Under the pieces are notes generated by a model that saw nothing but the letters and a program-made list of their open reading frames with translations, ran no database searches and had not been told where the DNA came from. A DNA stretch of 64,000 bases from an uncultured Pseudomonadales bacterium (GTDB lineage Bacteria > Patescibacteriota > Microgenomatia > UBA1400 > PJMF01). The stretch spans positions 1,475 to 65,474 of the forward strand of contig CAYVXV010000003.1 of assembly GCA_964455555.1 (NCBI GenBank), written 5' to 3'. Below, in pieces: positions 28,842 to 39,174 of this stretch; position 1 is the stretch's first letter, and the number at the start of each line of letters is the position of its first letter. A program made the position numbers and the translations under genes.

Positions 28842-29531
28842 ATGCCGATCAAATATCCTTCCCTGTTCTTACTAATAATTGCAACTGCTGCACTTGCTTC
28901 TGCTTGCGTCAGGGCACCACAGACTGATGACACACTGCAGCTAAGCAACTCGGATAATTTCTCTCTTGAATCAGATGCTAACCTTAATCCAAATAATATT
29001 GCTGAAGCGGAAGGAGCCGCCAATAACGCTATGAACCAACAAAGACAAGTCAAAACTATTGAAGATTTTAAGGCTATTGAAGCCTCAGAAGCAGTCCTAA
29101 CAACCAGCAAAGGCGAGGTTGTCATTGAGCTCTATACTGACCGCGCCCCTTTAACTACCGCTAGCTTTCTCAACCTAATTGATCAAGGTTTTTATGATGG
29201 GATTGTAATTCACCGGGTCGAACCGAACTTCGTGGTTCAGTTCGGAGATCCCCTCACAAAAGAGCCCGGCAATGAATCCCTATGGGGTACGGGCGGGCCT
29301 GGATATACTTTTGCTGATGAGTTTCATCCTGAATTAAGACATGACAGTGAGGGCATCCTTTCTATGGCCAATGCAGGGCCGAATACAGGCGGAAGCCAGG
29401 TTTTTATTACTCTCAATGAAACATCATTCTTGGACGACAAACATGCTGTCTTTGGCAAAGTTTCTCAGGGAATGGATGTGGTTAAAACCCTGCAAAGAGG
29501 TGACACAATCACTAAAGCTGTTTACCGCTAG
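28842..29531 (+). CDS. Cyclophilin-type peptidyl-prolyl cis-trans isomerase, lipoprotein
   Basis: Lipobox LASAC after the signal sequence. Cyclophilin core (HRVEPNFVVQFGDP, SMANAGPNTGGSQVFIT, HAVFGKV). The ORF track start is TTG at 28773; ATG at 28842 is used here. Confidence 0.85.
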   Translation: MPIKYPSLFLLIIATAALASACVRAPQTDDTLQLSNSDNFSLESDANLNPNNIAEAEGAANNAMNQQRQVKTIEDFKAIEASEAVLTTSKGEVVIELYTDRAPLTTASFLNLIDQGFYDGIVIHRVEPNFVVQFGDPLTKEPGNESLWGTGGPGYTFADEFHPELRHDSEGILSMANAGPNTGGSQVFITLNETSFLDDKHAVFGKVSQGMDVVKTLQRGDTITKAVYR

Positions 29532-29560
29532 AACCTACTGCATGTTATCCTAATTTATAT

Positions 29561-31246
29561 ATGCAGCTTAAGCCGGCAGGTATTTCCTTTAGCGTTACTC
29601 TAAGGCTCATTGCTTTTGCTCTTTTGGCAGCCGCAAGCATTTTTGTGCTGGCGCTGGTGGCAACCTTTTCCAGTATTAAATCGCTTCAAGCCGGTAATTT
29701 TCAAACAGCGTCCGTCAAGGCGAAAGCAGCTCACTATCCGGTGGAAATTCTTTCTGCCCTCCTCCGAAACAAATCCAACACTATTGAAGCTTGGAGGCTT
29801 GGTCTCCAACTGGCTATTTCTATGCCTAACGCACTTAATGAGGCAGCCTCAAGTTCTCAGTCTGAGAATACAGTTTTAGATTTTAACAAGCTAGCGGTGC
29901 TGTTTGGCCAAAAAAGCAAGGAGTTCAACAGTTTTAATAAAGCTGTACAAAACTCGCTTATTTCCAAAGCATTCCCAACTCAAACAAATGAGATAGATAC
30001 AGCCAGCGAAACTCTTCAATCATTAGCCGGCCTAGCAACAAACCTGTCCGAGAAGAATCAAACCTGGATAATTGTGTTGCAGAATAGCGATGAAATCCGG
30101 GCATCCGGCGGTTTTGCCGGATCTTACATAACAGTCCCGGTAATTGACGGAAAGATCAGCAGTTTTGTTGTTGAAGACATTTACGATGCCGATGGCCAGT
30201 TTGAAGGTTACATTGAAGCCCCTCCGGGAGCTAAGGAGTACCTTAGTAGCAACCGAGGCCTACGGCTGCCGGATGCAAACTGGCATGCCGATTTTCCATC
30301 TAGCGCTGACCAAATGCTCCAGTTTTTTGCTTTTGGCAATAAACAAAACGTCCACGGCTTAGTTGCCGTCAATCTTCATCTGGCAGAGGCAGTTTTAGGC
30401 ATGCTTGGCCCTGTCAACCTTCCCGATTATGATGCGCTGCTAACTCCAGACAACTTGAGCCAGGAATTGAGAAAAGGCAGAGATGATTTTTTTCCGGGCA
30501 GTATTCAAAAGAAACACATTCTCTCTCAGGTGGCTATAGCCGTAGTAATCGAGCTTAAATCTATCGGCCCCACCGCAGTCAAAGACCTCGGAGCGTTATT
30601 AAAGCAATCGGTTATTGAAAAAAACATTTTGGCATTTGCCCGTGATCCGGAAATGCAGATTTTTATTGAAAACCTGGGAGCTGATGGCAGCCTACTGGAT
30701 CCTGAAAGCGATTATCTTTATTTAGTTGAATCGAATGTGGCTATTAATAAAGCAAATAAAGGTATCTCCAGGGAGCTTGCAGTAAACTGGGATCAGCAGC
30801 TGATTGAAGTACTGCTTACCTTCACTAACAACAACCTGCCGCCTGAGGAAACGTCCTTGTCCGGGCTAATTCCTTCACAGCAGGAAATCGAAAACCGCAA
30901 TCAAGCAGAGCATAATGGCTATATCAACTATCAAAGAGTCTTAATGCCGCAGCATTGGGAGGTTGAGACGATCAATTACAGAGACAACAGTCTCACCAAG
31001 TGGGATGAAGAGATCATTAAAGATAGTCACGGAAATAGCTATAAGCAGATTGGTTTTCTCATCACCCTACCCGAAAGAGAACAGGGAAGTTTAGAGATAA
31101 AAATCCTTCCCCTGCGCGACAAAGCCCCTAAATCCTTAATTCTTCAGAAACAGCCGGGCACGCCGAGTTATGAGGTGAGCTTGACTAGTCCTTCAGAAAA
31201 AATCACAAAACATTTTGTGTCAGACCTGGTATTCCCGCTAGAATAA
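29561..31246 (+). CDS. Hypothetical exported/membrane-anchored protein, 561 aa
   Basis: N-terminal TM/signal ([23 protein letters not shown]) then a large hydrophilic domain. No recognised motif. Confidence 0.55.
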   Translation: MQLKPAGISFSVTLRLIAFALLAAASIFVLALVATFSSIKSLQAGNFQTASVKAKAAHYPVEILSALLRNKSNTIEAWRLGLQLAISMPNALNEAASSSQSENTVLDFNKLAVLFGQKSKEFNSFNKAVQNSLISKAFPTQTNEIDTASETLQSLAGLATNLSEKNQTWIIVLQNSDEIRASGGFAGSYITVPVIDGKISSFVVEDIYDADGQFEGYIEAPPGAKEYLSSNRGLRLPDANWHADFPSSADQMLQFFAFGNKQNVHGLVAVNLHLAEAVLGMLGPVNLPDYDALLTPDNLSQELRKGRDDFFPGSIQKKHILSQVAIAVVIELKSIGPTAVKDLGALLKQSVIEKNILAFARDPEMQIFIENLGADGSLLDPESDYLYLVESNVAINKANKGISRELAVNWDQQLIEVLLTFTNNNLPPEETSLSGLIPSQQEIENRNQAEHNGYINYQRVLMPQHWEVETINYRDNSLTKWDEEIIKDSHGNSYKQIGFLITLPEREQGSLEIKILPLRDKAPKSLILQKQPGTPSYEVSLTSPSEKITKHFVSDLVFPLE

Positions 31247-31289
31247 TCAACCTGCGTTTTCACACCCCCCACCATGCTACAATGAGCGC

Positions 31290-32393
31290 ATGAATCAAGC
31301 CTTGCGCGATGCCTCCAGCAAACTTTTAGAAAAAGCAGAGCAGTATCTAGATTCTCAAGAAATTCTCGGCTATCAGCAAGAACTGGAAAAACTTGAGCAG
31401 CAGACGTATGCCCCGGGTTTCTGGGAAAAAGCAGAAGCCAAATCTGTGATGCGCAAAATATCTTCGCTTAAGAGCAGGCTCGACTTATTTAATTCTGTTG
31501 AACAGCTCCATAACGACACTAAAGCCTTTACCGACCTGCTTGTGGAAACTGGTGAAGATCAGGACAACCAATCAGATATGGAAGGAGAATTTGAAAAAAC
31601 CTTGACGCTATTTAAAAAGAGCCTTAAGGAGCTTGAGCTGAGGCACTATTTGTCTGGCAAATTTGATGCCCAGGGAGCAATTCTTTCCATTCACTCCGGC
31701 CAAGGAGGCACCGAAGCCATGGACTGGGCTGATATGCTCAGGAGAATGTACCTCCGCTTCTTTGAAAAACGAGGCTGGAAGTTCAAACTTATCAGCGAAT
31801 CAAGGGGAGAAGAAGCAGGAATTAAGGCAGCTGAGTACGAGATTAATGCTGACTACGCCTACGGCTATTTAAAAGGTGAGGCGGGAACCCATCGCCTAGT
31901 GCGGCAAAGCCCTTTTAACGCGGACAATCTCAGGCAAACCTCTTTTGCATTGGTGGAGGTGCTGCCAATTATTGAAGATGACTCCGATGAGATTCAAATT
32001 AATGAAGCGGATTTAAGCTGGCATTTTACCAGGGCAGGCGGTGCCGGCGGCCAAAACGTCAACAAGGTCAATACAGCGGTGGAGTTAACGCATATACCCA
32101 CTGGAATTGTAATCCGCTCCAGAGAAGAACGCTCACAAACTCAAAATAAAGTACAAGCTTTAAAAAAGCTTAAAAGCCAACTGGCGATTATCGAAGAAAA
32201 AAAACTTACCGACCAGCTTAAAGAAGAAAAGGGCGAGCACGTATCGGCCAGCTGGGGCAATCAAATAAGAAATTATGTTCTTCATCCTTATCATCTGGTT
32301 AAAGACACTAGGACCGGTGTAGAAACTTCTGATACAGCAGCAGTATTAGATGGTGGTTTAGATGATTTTATCCAGGAGGAAATCAAGCTTTAA
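31290..32393 (+). CDS. prfB: Peptide chain release factor 2
   Basis: SPF motif ([19 protein letters not shown]) and GGQ motif ([27 protein letters not shown]). High identity in layout to bacterial RF2. Uninterrupted ORF with no programmed frameshift site. Confidence 0.9.
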   Translation: MNQALRDASSKLLEKAEQYLDSQEILGYQQELEKLEQQTYAPGFWEKAEAKSVMRKISSLKSRLDLFNSVEQLHNDTKAFTDLLVETGEDQDNQSDMEGEFEKTLTLFKKSLKELELRHYLSGKFDAQGAILSIHSGQGGTEAMDWADMLRRMYLRFFEKRGWKFKLISESRGEEAGIKAAEYEINADYAYGYLKGEAGTHRLVRQSPFNADNLRQTSFALVEVLPIIEDDSDEIQINEADLSWHFTRAGGAGGQNVNKVNTAVELTHIPTGIVIRSREERSQTQNKVQALKKLKSQLAIIEEKKLTDQLKEEKGEHVSASWGNQIRNYVLHPYHLVKDTRTGVETSDTAAVLDGGLDDFIQEEIKL

Positions 32394-32441
32394 CTGATAA
32401 CTTGACTTCGTTCTACGCTGAAAATACGATATACTGGGATT

Positions 32442-33047
32442 ATGCAAAAAATTGACCTGACCAAGCCTGATAATCAGCCCGACAATCAACCAGAAGAAGT
32501 TAAGCACGCTAAACCCGAAAACCCTGTTGACTCGGTGGGAAATTTGCCTGATAATCAAGCCTTGCCGAAGTCAACTGCAAGAACAAAAAAGGACCAATTA
32601 GATATGAAAAAAGTGCTCAAGCCATTACTGATTTTAGTTGTTGTAGCTGTTTTTGCAGGTGTCGGCACTGGCTACCAAGTTTACCGAACAGTTTCAAGCA
32701 AAGACACTGGCTTGCCGGCAGATGGCAATATTCAGAAAGTAGCCGGCACTGAAATAAATGCCGGTGATGTTTTCGGCAGCACAGATGAAAAAACCTTTAA
32801 AGATTCCGCTGAAGGATACCTTGAACAGGGAGACCCGGATGACGAAGGTACACACAAGCTGCTCAGGCCTGGAGGGGAAATGCAGACCGTTTATCTGACA
32901 TCTTCTGTTACGGACCTTGATAAACTTGTAGGAATGGAAGTTAAAGTCTGGGGCGAAACCTTCAAAGGCCAAAAGGCCGGCTGGCTGATGGATGTTGGCC
33001 GTGTAAGAGTCGAAAAAGTTGATGGCGACTCCCCTGTAATCGATTAG
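32442..33047 (+). CDS. Hypothetical single-pass membrane protein, 201 aa
   Basis: N-terminal PDNQPDNQPEE repeats, one TM helix (LLILVVVAVFAGVG), then a C-terminal exported domain. Located upstream of ftsE. Confidence 0.45.
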   Translation: MQKIDLTKPDNQPDNQPEEVKHAKPENPVDSVGNLPDNQALPKSTARTKKDQLDMKKVLKPLLILVVVAVFAGVGTGYQVYRTVSSKDTGLPADGNIQKVAGTEINAGDVFGSTDEKTFKDSAEGYLEQGDPDDEGTHKLLRPGGEMQTVYLTSSVTDLDKLVGMEVKVWGETFKGQKAGWLMDVGRVRVEKVDGDSPVID

Positions 33048-33119
33048 TACTAAAGCTACTAAAGTCCAGCATGGAGAAGCTGACAAAAACCATAAATGCC
33101 TACTCCAAAATAACTGCCC

Positions 33120-34112
33120 ATGCTAACCTTTGATCAAGTTACCAAACAATTTACAGCCGAATCTTTCGGGGTTAGCGATATTTCATTTGAGATCGGACCA
33201 GGTGAGTTTGTGTTTGTAACCGGCCCTTCCGGAAGCGGCAAGACCACACTAATGCGCCTCTTAACAAAAGAGTATACCCCTACCACCGGTGATATTATTT
33301 TTGAAAATTTAACTGTTAATAACTTGAGGAGCTCACAAGTTCATCAGCTCAGGCGCAAGATTGGTGTTGTTTTCCAAGACTATCGCCTGCTCTCTGAACT
33401 TAATGTTTGGGAAAACGTTGCCCTGCCGCTATATATCATTGGAAAAAAACAAGTTGAAATCGAAGAGCGAGTCACGGATTTGCTCAAGTTAGTTGAGCTA
33501 ACCGACAAAGCCCTGCTATTCCCCAGCCAACTTTCTGGAGGAGAAGCACAGAGGATCAGTATTGCCAGAGCCTTGGCAACAGGGCCAAGCATAATTTTTG
33601 CTGATGAGCCAACAGGCAACCTTGATGCGGAAAACTCGATGAGGATTGCCAAACTTCTTCATAAAATTAATGAGCTGGGCACAACCATACTATTCGCCAC
33701 CCATGACGGTGATGTTCTGGCGGAATTCAAAAACTCCAGGATTCTTCACCTTGAAAAAGGGAAACTGATCAAGGATGGCGGCAAGAAAAAAGTCAATGTT
33801 TCATCCCATAAGTTAGAAAAAGATGAAAAAGAGCCCACTGATGAAAAAGAGGAAACCGACAAAAAGGCAGGTGAGGCTAATCAAATAGAACAAGAAGACC
33901 AAACCACACCTGATGTCACTACAAATAAATCATCTAAAAAGGGTGTGTTAGGCAGGCTGTTTAACAAAAATAAACAGACCGACTCCCTTGAAAACTCAAA
34001 AGTAGCAGATGATGAACCAGTTGAACAGGATGCCAAACCTGAGCAGGCTGGTACTGATGATTCACCTAAGAAAAAGAAGCGAGCCGCCAAGAAAGAATCA
34101 GAGGACAAATAA
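33120..34112 (+). CDS. ftsE: Cell-division ABC ATPase FtsE with a long charged C-terminal tail
   Basis: Walker A GPSGSGKTT, ABC signature LSGGEAQR, Walker B IIFADEPTGNLD, and position immediately upstream of ftsX. An extra 110 aa K/E/D-rich tail follows. Confidence 0.85.
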   Translation: MLTFDQVTKQFTAESFGVSDISFEIGPGEFVFVTGPSGSGKTTLMRLLTKEYTPTTGDIIFENLTVNNLRSSQVHQLRRKIGVVFQDYRLLSELNVWENVALPLYIIGKKQVEIEERVTDLLKLVELTDKALLFPSQLSGGEAQRISIARALATGPSIIFADEPTGNLDAENSMRIAKLLHKINELGTTILFATHDGDVLAEFKNSRILHLEKGKLIKDGGKKKVNVSSHKLEKDEKEPTDEKEETDKKAGEANQIEQEDQTTPDVTTNKSSKKGVLGRLFNKNKQTDSLENSKVADDEPVEQDAKPEQAGTDDSPKKKKRAAKKESEDK

Positions 34113-34117
34113 ATCAT

Positions 34118-34987
34118 ATGCGATCACTCACCACTGCCCTAACCACCATTCGACGCTCCCCTTACCAGGCATTGGTATCCATTTCCATGATGACTGTCAC
34201 CTTTTTTGTAGCATTTAGTTTTTCTTTGATCATACTCGGGGCAAACCAGGTACTTCAATATTTTGAATCACAGCCGCAGATTATCGCGTTTTTTGAAATA
34301 GACACTAATCAAAATGACATTGCTGCTGCTGCTGAATCCATGAAAAGCAAAACCTATGTAAAAGAAGTAAATGTTGTCAGTAAAGAAGATGCGCTTAAAA
34401 TTTATCAAGAATCAAACAAAGATGAACCCTTGCTGCTCGAGTTGGTAACAGCTGAAATTTTGCCGGCCAGCATAGAGGTGTCCGGCACCAGCATCAGCTA
34501 CCTGAGTCAGATTAAATCCGATCTTGATGTCCTGGAGGGCGTGGAAGATGTCGATTTTCAAGAAAGCATAATTCAGCAATTGCATACATGGACCAGCAAC
34601 TTAAGAATGATTGGCTTGGCCTCCGTTATTACACTAGCCGTGATTTCCTTCCTAATAATTTTTGTCTTAATTGCTATGAAAGCCACTGCTCAAAAGACAG
34701 CAATAGGAATTATGCGAATAATTGGTGCTACCAAGGGATATATCAAGTTGCCCTTTATGTTTGAAGGTATGATTTATGGAGTAACCGGAGCCTTTATCGG
34801 CTGGCTTGGGATGTATGCGGTCCTTTTATATCTAACACCATGGATAAAGGACTTTGTAGGTGATATTTCCATCTTTCCGATTTCTACACAGTTCTTTTTA
34901 CTCCAGCTAGGTGTTGGCTTGCTTGCCGGAATCCTCCTGGGAGGTTCGGCCGGTTTGTTGGCAGTTGGACGGCTAATCCGCCGTTAG
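34118..34987 (+). CDS. ftsX: Cell-division permease FtsX
   Basis: 4-TM FtsX topology with a large first extracellular loop. Immediately follows ftsE. Confidence 0.8.
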   Translation: MRSLTTALTTIRRSPYQALVSISMMTVTFFVAFSFSLIILGANQVLQYFESQPQIIAFFEIDTNQNDIAAAAESMKSKTYVKEVNVVSKEDALKIYQESNKDEPLLLELVTAEILPASIEVSGTSISYLSQIKSDLDVLEGVEDVDFQESIIQQLHTWTSNLRMIGLASVITLAVISFLIIFVLIAMKATAQKTAIGIMRIIGATKGYIKLPFMFEGMIYGVTGAFIGWLGMYAVLLYLTPWIKDFVGDISIFPISTQFFLLQLGVGLLAGILLGGSAGLLAVGRLIRR

Positions 34988-34996
34988 ACAAACATC

Positions 34997-36337
34997 ATGA
35001 GATTTCAAATTCGAGCCTCCGCCTTGCCCGAAGCAACAACCTCGAGTATATTGGGGTCAAGTATGAAGACTGTACAAAGGCCTTCAGCCATTCAGGCTAA
35101 ACTCATCCTTGCTGTCATCTTTTCTGCCTTTTTAGTTTTGTTTCTGAGCTTTTCATCGCCTATCCAAGCTGCTGAGTGCGAGCAGTATAAATGTGACGCC
35201 GACAATCTCTCAAGTGATGAACGCTCCGTTTGTTACAATAAACAAATTGCCTGCCTACAGGGAGCAATTTCTGAGGTCAAGACACAGCAGACAACACTCA
35301 ACAGTACAATTTCCGTTTTAAACGGCGAAATTAATCTCCAACAAGTCCAGATAAATCAGTTGGTGGCTGAAATTTCCAGGCTGGAGAAGGACATCGGTGA
35401 ACTTTCAGAGAGAATTTCCGGGTTAAATGTTTCTTTAGACAGGCTCTCTACCATGCTGATTAACAGGATTAGGGCTCAGTACAAACGCGCAAATCAGAGC
35501 CCGATAGCACTATTGCTATCAGCAGACTCTTTTGGCAGTTTTATCTCGAAATATAAGTATCTAAGCACCGCCGGTGAACAAACCGCATATGCTATGACTC
35601 GGGCTGAATCGCAGCGGCTTGACTTCGATGAACAAAAAGAGCTTAAAGAGTCAAAACAAGCAGAAGTTGAAAAAAAACGGGCCGAGGTTGAAGAGCAAAA
35701 ACAATCCCTGGCAGCCAAACGCCAGGAACAGCAGTCTTTGCTGACTGCAACAAAAAATAGCGAGGCCAGGTTTCAATCAATGCTGCGGGATGCAGAGAAA
35801 GAGTTGGCTCAGATAGCAGCGGCTGCCAATATCGTCATCAGGCAGGGCAATGGCGTCCAGGTTAAAAAAGGTGAGGTTATTGGCACCATGGGCAATTCCG
35901 GCTATTCAACCGGCGCTCATTTGCACTTTGGTGTGTACAAGTACTCGGTCAGCCAGTTTCAGAACACAGGCAGCTGGGGATGGTACTACAGCAATTATGT
36001 TAACCCCCTAGACAAACTCAAATCTAAGAGCGTTACCTGGAGTACGGGCTGCGCCAACGATCCATCCGGTGTCGCTGATGCCGGTAAGGGCGATTGGGAG
36101 TGGCCAATGGGTGGAATCAGGATTACACAAAATTACGGCAGCAATACCTGTTATAACTGGCTATACGGCGGCAAACCCCATCCTGCCCTTGATATGGTGG
36201 CAATTGGGTCTAAATTTATTATGGCAGCAACTGACGGAGAAGCCTATTTCTGCCGAAACTGCCTGGGAGATGGCGGCAATGGAGTCTTTATTTTTCATGA
36301 TGACAATTATATGACCCTCTACTGGCATCTGGAATAG
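34997..36337 (+). CDS. M23-family peptidase with coiled-coil (EnvC-like murein hydrolase activator)
   Basis: Signal/TM, long coiled-coil, then an M23 LytM domain (GTMGNSGYSTGAHLHFGVYK). Confidence 0.8.
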   Translation: MRFQIRASALPEATTSSILGSSMKTVQRPSAIQAKLILAVIFSAFLVLFLSFSSPIQAAECEQYKCDADNLSSDERSVCYNKQIACLQGAISEVKTQQTTLNSTISVLNGEINLQQVQINQLVAEISRLEKDIGELSERISGLNVSLDRLSTMLINRIRAQYKRANQSPIALLLSADSFGSFISKYKYLSTAGEQTAYAMTRAESQRLDFDEQKELKESKQAEVEKKRAEVEEQKQSLAAKRQEQQSLLTATKNSEARFQSMLRDAEKELAQIAAAANIVIRQGNGVQVKKGEVIGTMGNSGYSTGAHLHFGVYKYSVSQFQNTGSWGWYYSNYVNPLDKLKSKSVTWSTGCANDPSGVADAGKGDWEWPMGGIRITQNYGSNTCYNWLYGGKPHPALDMVAIGSKFIMAATDGEAYFCRNCLGDGGNGVFIFHDDNYMTLYWHLE

Positions 36338-36464
36338 TAGTTCAACCATAATAAGTGCTCTAGTTTTATTATTTTGATGTAATATATCTTTCTGATCCAT
36401 TTTTTTGCCTGGGAGTAATTTTTTATCGCAATTTTCTTACTTTTTTATTACATCACTATAATTA

Positions 36465-36493
36465 TTGACTTTCGGCTCAATAGGTCTTATAAT
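36465..36493 (+). promoter_or_regulatory. Consensus sigma70-type promoter TTGACT-17 bp-TATAAT
   Basis: TTGACT at 36465-36470, a 17-nt spacer, and TATAAT at 36488-36493, within an AT-rich 230-bp intergenic region upstream of the 36568 gene. Confidence 0.5.
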
Positions 36494-36567
36494 ACCGATA
36501 TAGCTTTATAATATTGACTACGTTTAAAACGTCTTGCCCTGCTAAATCGCAAGTAACAAGGAAACTT

Positions 36568-36915
36568 ATGAACATCAAATATCTCACCCTAACTTTATTA
36601 GCTGTCTTCGCGATGGCTTCCCAGGTACGGGTAGTGCAAGCTGCAGAGGACGACTTTACAGCAAGCCAGGAGCAGGAATGCCGCCAGATTGTCGAGACTG
36701 AATGTGAAGCCGGAGCCTATGGCCAGGTTTCAAGCTGTAAGGCAAAAGCTGAGCAAGTCTGCAAACAGAAGCAGAAAATTGTAGTTAAAGACAAGGTTTT
36801 GGGAGTAGCTCATGAACCTGTTGATACTGCTTTAGACCTGCAAGCAAGTGTTGCAACAACAATGGTTTTGGCAGCCGGAGCCGGTTCGCTTGCTTTAAAG
36901 AAAAAGCTTAAATAA
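36568..36915 (+). CDS. Hypothetical small secreted Cys-containing protein, 115 aa
   Basis: Signal peptide MNIKYLTLTLLAVFAMASQVRVVQA; Cys-containing acidic/basic middle; C-terminal hydrophobic stretch plus KKKLK tail. The ORF track start is TTG at 36514; ATG at 36568 follows AAGGA. Confidence 0.45.
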   Translation: MNIKYLTLTLLAVFAMASQVRVVQAAEDDFTASQEQECRQIVETECEAGAYGQVSSCKAKAEQVCKQKQKIVVKDKVLGVAHEPVDTALDLQASVATTMVLAAGAGSLALKKKLK

Positions 36916-37485
36916 ACTATAAAACTGTGAATTATAAAGGCTGCTTATTTCTAAGCAGCCTTTTTGATGCAAGATGCATAAACCTAATGACAATACCACA
37001 ACTTATTAGTAAATATTACCGCTTCCTACTTGATCAAATTTATTATCCTATAACATTGATTTTTGAGGTTATAAATGATATAATATTTTATAGTAATAAT
37101 TTATTTTATGCCTATAAATCCAACCAAGTCCACGCAACCCTTTTCTTGTCAGATGTTTGATTATTGGCCCAGATAATTAAACATCTGCTAAGAACGCGCT
37201 TTTTTCGCCCAATCAGCATTTACGCTGAAACCGGCGCTGAAAGCACTCCTAGCAGTTGGCAGGCTTGATTGCACTTTGGTGCGAAAAAGCCGGCTCTTTA
37301 ACAGCAAGGCAATAAAATATATAGCTCAAAAGATAAACTCCTGTTCTTCCTGAGCCATTGTTGATGTGGCAGCTACCTTGCACATAAGTTTTTGTGTGCA
37401 GCGCTGCTGTCATGTCGGCAGCCAATTCTTTCCCTGGCGCAAGCATTGGGGAAGAGTTGTCACTTTTGGTTTAGGGAGGAAATTA

Positions 37486-37808
37486 TGTCGCTAGAGGCCA
37501 TGTGGCGAGAATTTCTCGCCACTCCCATCCTGGTCTTCTTGGCTGGGATGCTGACGTGTTGGCTGCTCAATGCGCTAGTTTTGCCGGATAACCGGTCGAG
37601 CTGGCTGCATGCGCGGCGCAATGTTCCCACAGTGCTGCTGCCTCTCGGGGTTGTAGCCTTGGTCATTGCTGCCGCTGCCATTATCCTGGGCTTAGCCCAG
37701 GCAATGGTTTACATTCGCATTAACCCTGCGGTCTGGCTCTTGCTAGCAGCTGGGTTAATTATCCTGATCTTGTGGTTCGCCACAAGAAGGAGACGACCGC
37801 ATGCCTAA
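37486..37808 (+). CDS. Hypothetical small membrane protein (GC-rich island gene 1)
   Basis: GGGAGG RBS 6 nt upstream of the ATG. Two or three TM helices, RRRRPHA tail. Overlaps the start of the next gene by 8 nt (operon). GC about 60%. Confidence 0.5.
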
Positions 37809-39174
37809 GTACATCTTTGTTCTGGCAGCGCTCATCGCGCTGCTCGTCGCTGGGTGTGGCGAGCTCGTGACCGTAACTGGTCCCGAGACGTCCACCCCGG
37901 CACCGGCGGCCCCGTTAGCGCCGTCTCAGGAAGAGGCCGCTCCCGCGGTCGAAGAGCCCTCGCAAGAGAGCTCGCCGCCCCTCCGCGACAACCCCGCACC
38001 CGCGGGGAATGCGGAAGAAGCTGAAACCAAAGCAGAGGTTGTACCTGCAACCAATGCTGAGGATTCCTCGACCGCCACTCCTGTGGTGGTTGAGGCAGCT
38101 AGCGTCGCTCTCAACGACAACCCGGGCCACCGAGTAATTGTCCGTTGGAGCGACATTGATGCTGTGCTGGCGGAGACGGAGGAAGCCTCCGATGTCTTTG
38201 CGGCACTTGTCGAGGAATTCTGGCCATTTATGGTCTCGCTCAGCCCTGAGCAGATCGAAAATGGCTTAATTCTCGAGGGAGAGGGACTGCTCTTCATCGA
38301 ACTGTATTACCTCGGGCAAGAACTGCCCGAAGGTGTGCAGTGGCTTTGTGACTCCTGCCATGAATTTGGCTGGGGCCTCATCGCCATCGATGAGGGGGTC
38401 GAGTACCAGATCCCCTGGGATGAGGATGCGCCAATCGCAGGCGCGTGGTACCTCCCCATTGGCCTGGCGCTTGAACGCGTCCAGGACACATGGCTGGTAA
38501 CCACCTATGATCAGCGGGCCCTACCGCTGGTCAGCGAAGACGCCGTCCGCAGTGAACTCGGTACGCTGGCAAACACCGAGCAAGCCATCAGCCACATGAA
38601 CAACAGTTACTGGCAGTCCGCCCTCGGGTGGACTGCTAGTGATGCCGACAGCGGTTACACCGTAGTCGGCCCAGCGTTCGTGTGGACGGCCTGGCACGGA
38701 AGCCAGCCCAGCGGAGTTGTTTCCGCCTGCGCTAACTGCGTACGGCAGGACTGGGGCGTCTTCTACGTCCCAGACGGTGTCTCCTTCGAGACGCCGGACA
38801 ACAACAGCGGTGGCCGTTGGCTTCCACTGTGGGGGTCGAGCTGTCAGGGTGCTTCGCGCATCCAGCAGTTCATCTCCAGTGCCGAAACGCCGCAGGATGC
38901 CGTCGGTCGGATGCACGGGGATCTCTGGTCCCCGGTGGAAGACTATGACGGCTACAACCGCACCGAAAACTTCGTCTTTGGCGGGGTCCTAGACCTCGCT
39001 GCTGATGAAGTGGCCGTCATCTGGACCGACTGGAAGGGCGCTCCCCCCGAGGGAGCTATGCCCGCCACCAGTTCGTCCTACGACTTTGGCTACGGTGTCT
39101 TCACCGCAGCCGGGCCGTGGGAATACCGGTTCAGTGACGGAGGCGGTGGCGCCTTCGTCTTCAGCTGCGACTAA
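37801..39174 (+). CDS. Lipoprotein with Pro/Ala/Glu-rich linker and novel C-terminal repeat domain (GC-rich island gene 2)
   Basis: Lipobox LVAGC; about 80 aa PAE-rich low-complexity linker. The C-terminal about 95 aa (AETPQDAVG...TDWKG...GYGVF...GPWEY) is homologous to both repeats of the 40508 protein. Very high GC3. Confidence 0.65.
   Translation: MPKYIFVLAALIALLVAGCGELVTVTGPETSTPAPAAPLAPSQEEAAPAVEEPSQESSPPLRDNPAPAGNAEEAETKAEVVPATNAEDSSTATPVVVEAASVALNDNPGHRVIVRWSDIDAVLAETEEASDVFAALVEEFWPFMVSLSPEQIENGLILEGEGLLFIELYYLGQELPEGVQWLCDSCHEFGWGLIAIDEGVEYQIPWDEDAPIAGAWYLPIGLALERVQDTWLVTTYDQRALPLVSEDAVRSELGTLANTEQAISHMNNSYWQSALGWTASDADSGYTVVGPAFVWTAWHGSQPSGVVSACANCVRQDWGVFYVPDGVSFETPDNNSGGRWLPLWGSSCQGASRIQQFISSAETPQDAVGRMHGDLWSPVEDYDGYNRTENFVFGGVLDLAADEVAVIWTDWKGAPPEGAMPATSSSYDFGYGVFTAAGPWEYRFSDGGGGAFVFSCD

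Noticed and set aside
36916-37190. CAGATGTTT...AAACATCTG 9-bp inverted repeat followed by a T-rich tract, considered as a terminator or small RNA
   Set aside because: The T-run is 13 nt from the stem and interrupted. No convincing covariation or conserved structure could be judged from a single sequence. Folded into the general description of the AT-rich junction instead.
37832-38297. Three overlapping minus-strand ORFs (72-123 aa) antisense to the GC-rich lipoprotein gene, plus plus-strand ORFs 38717..38992 and 39005..39274
   Set aside because: High GC suppresses stop codons in all frames. These ORFs overlap a confident, signal-peptide-containing CDS and have Arg/Ala/Ser/Pro-biased nonsense composition.
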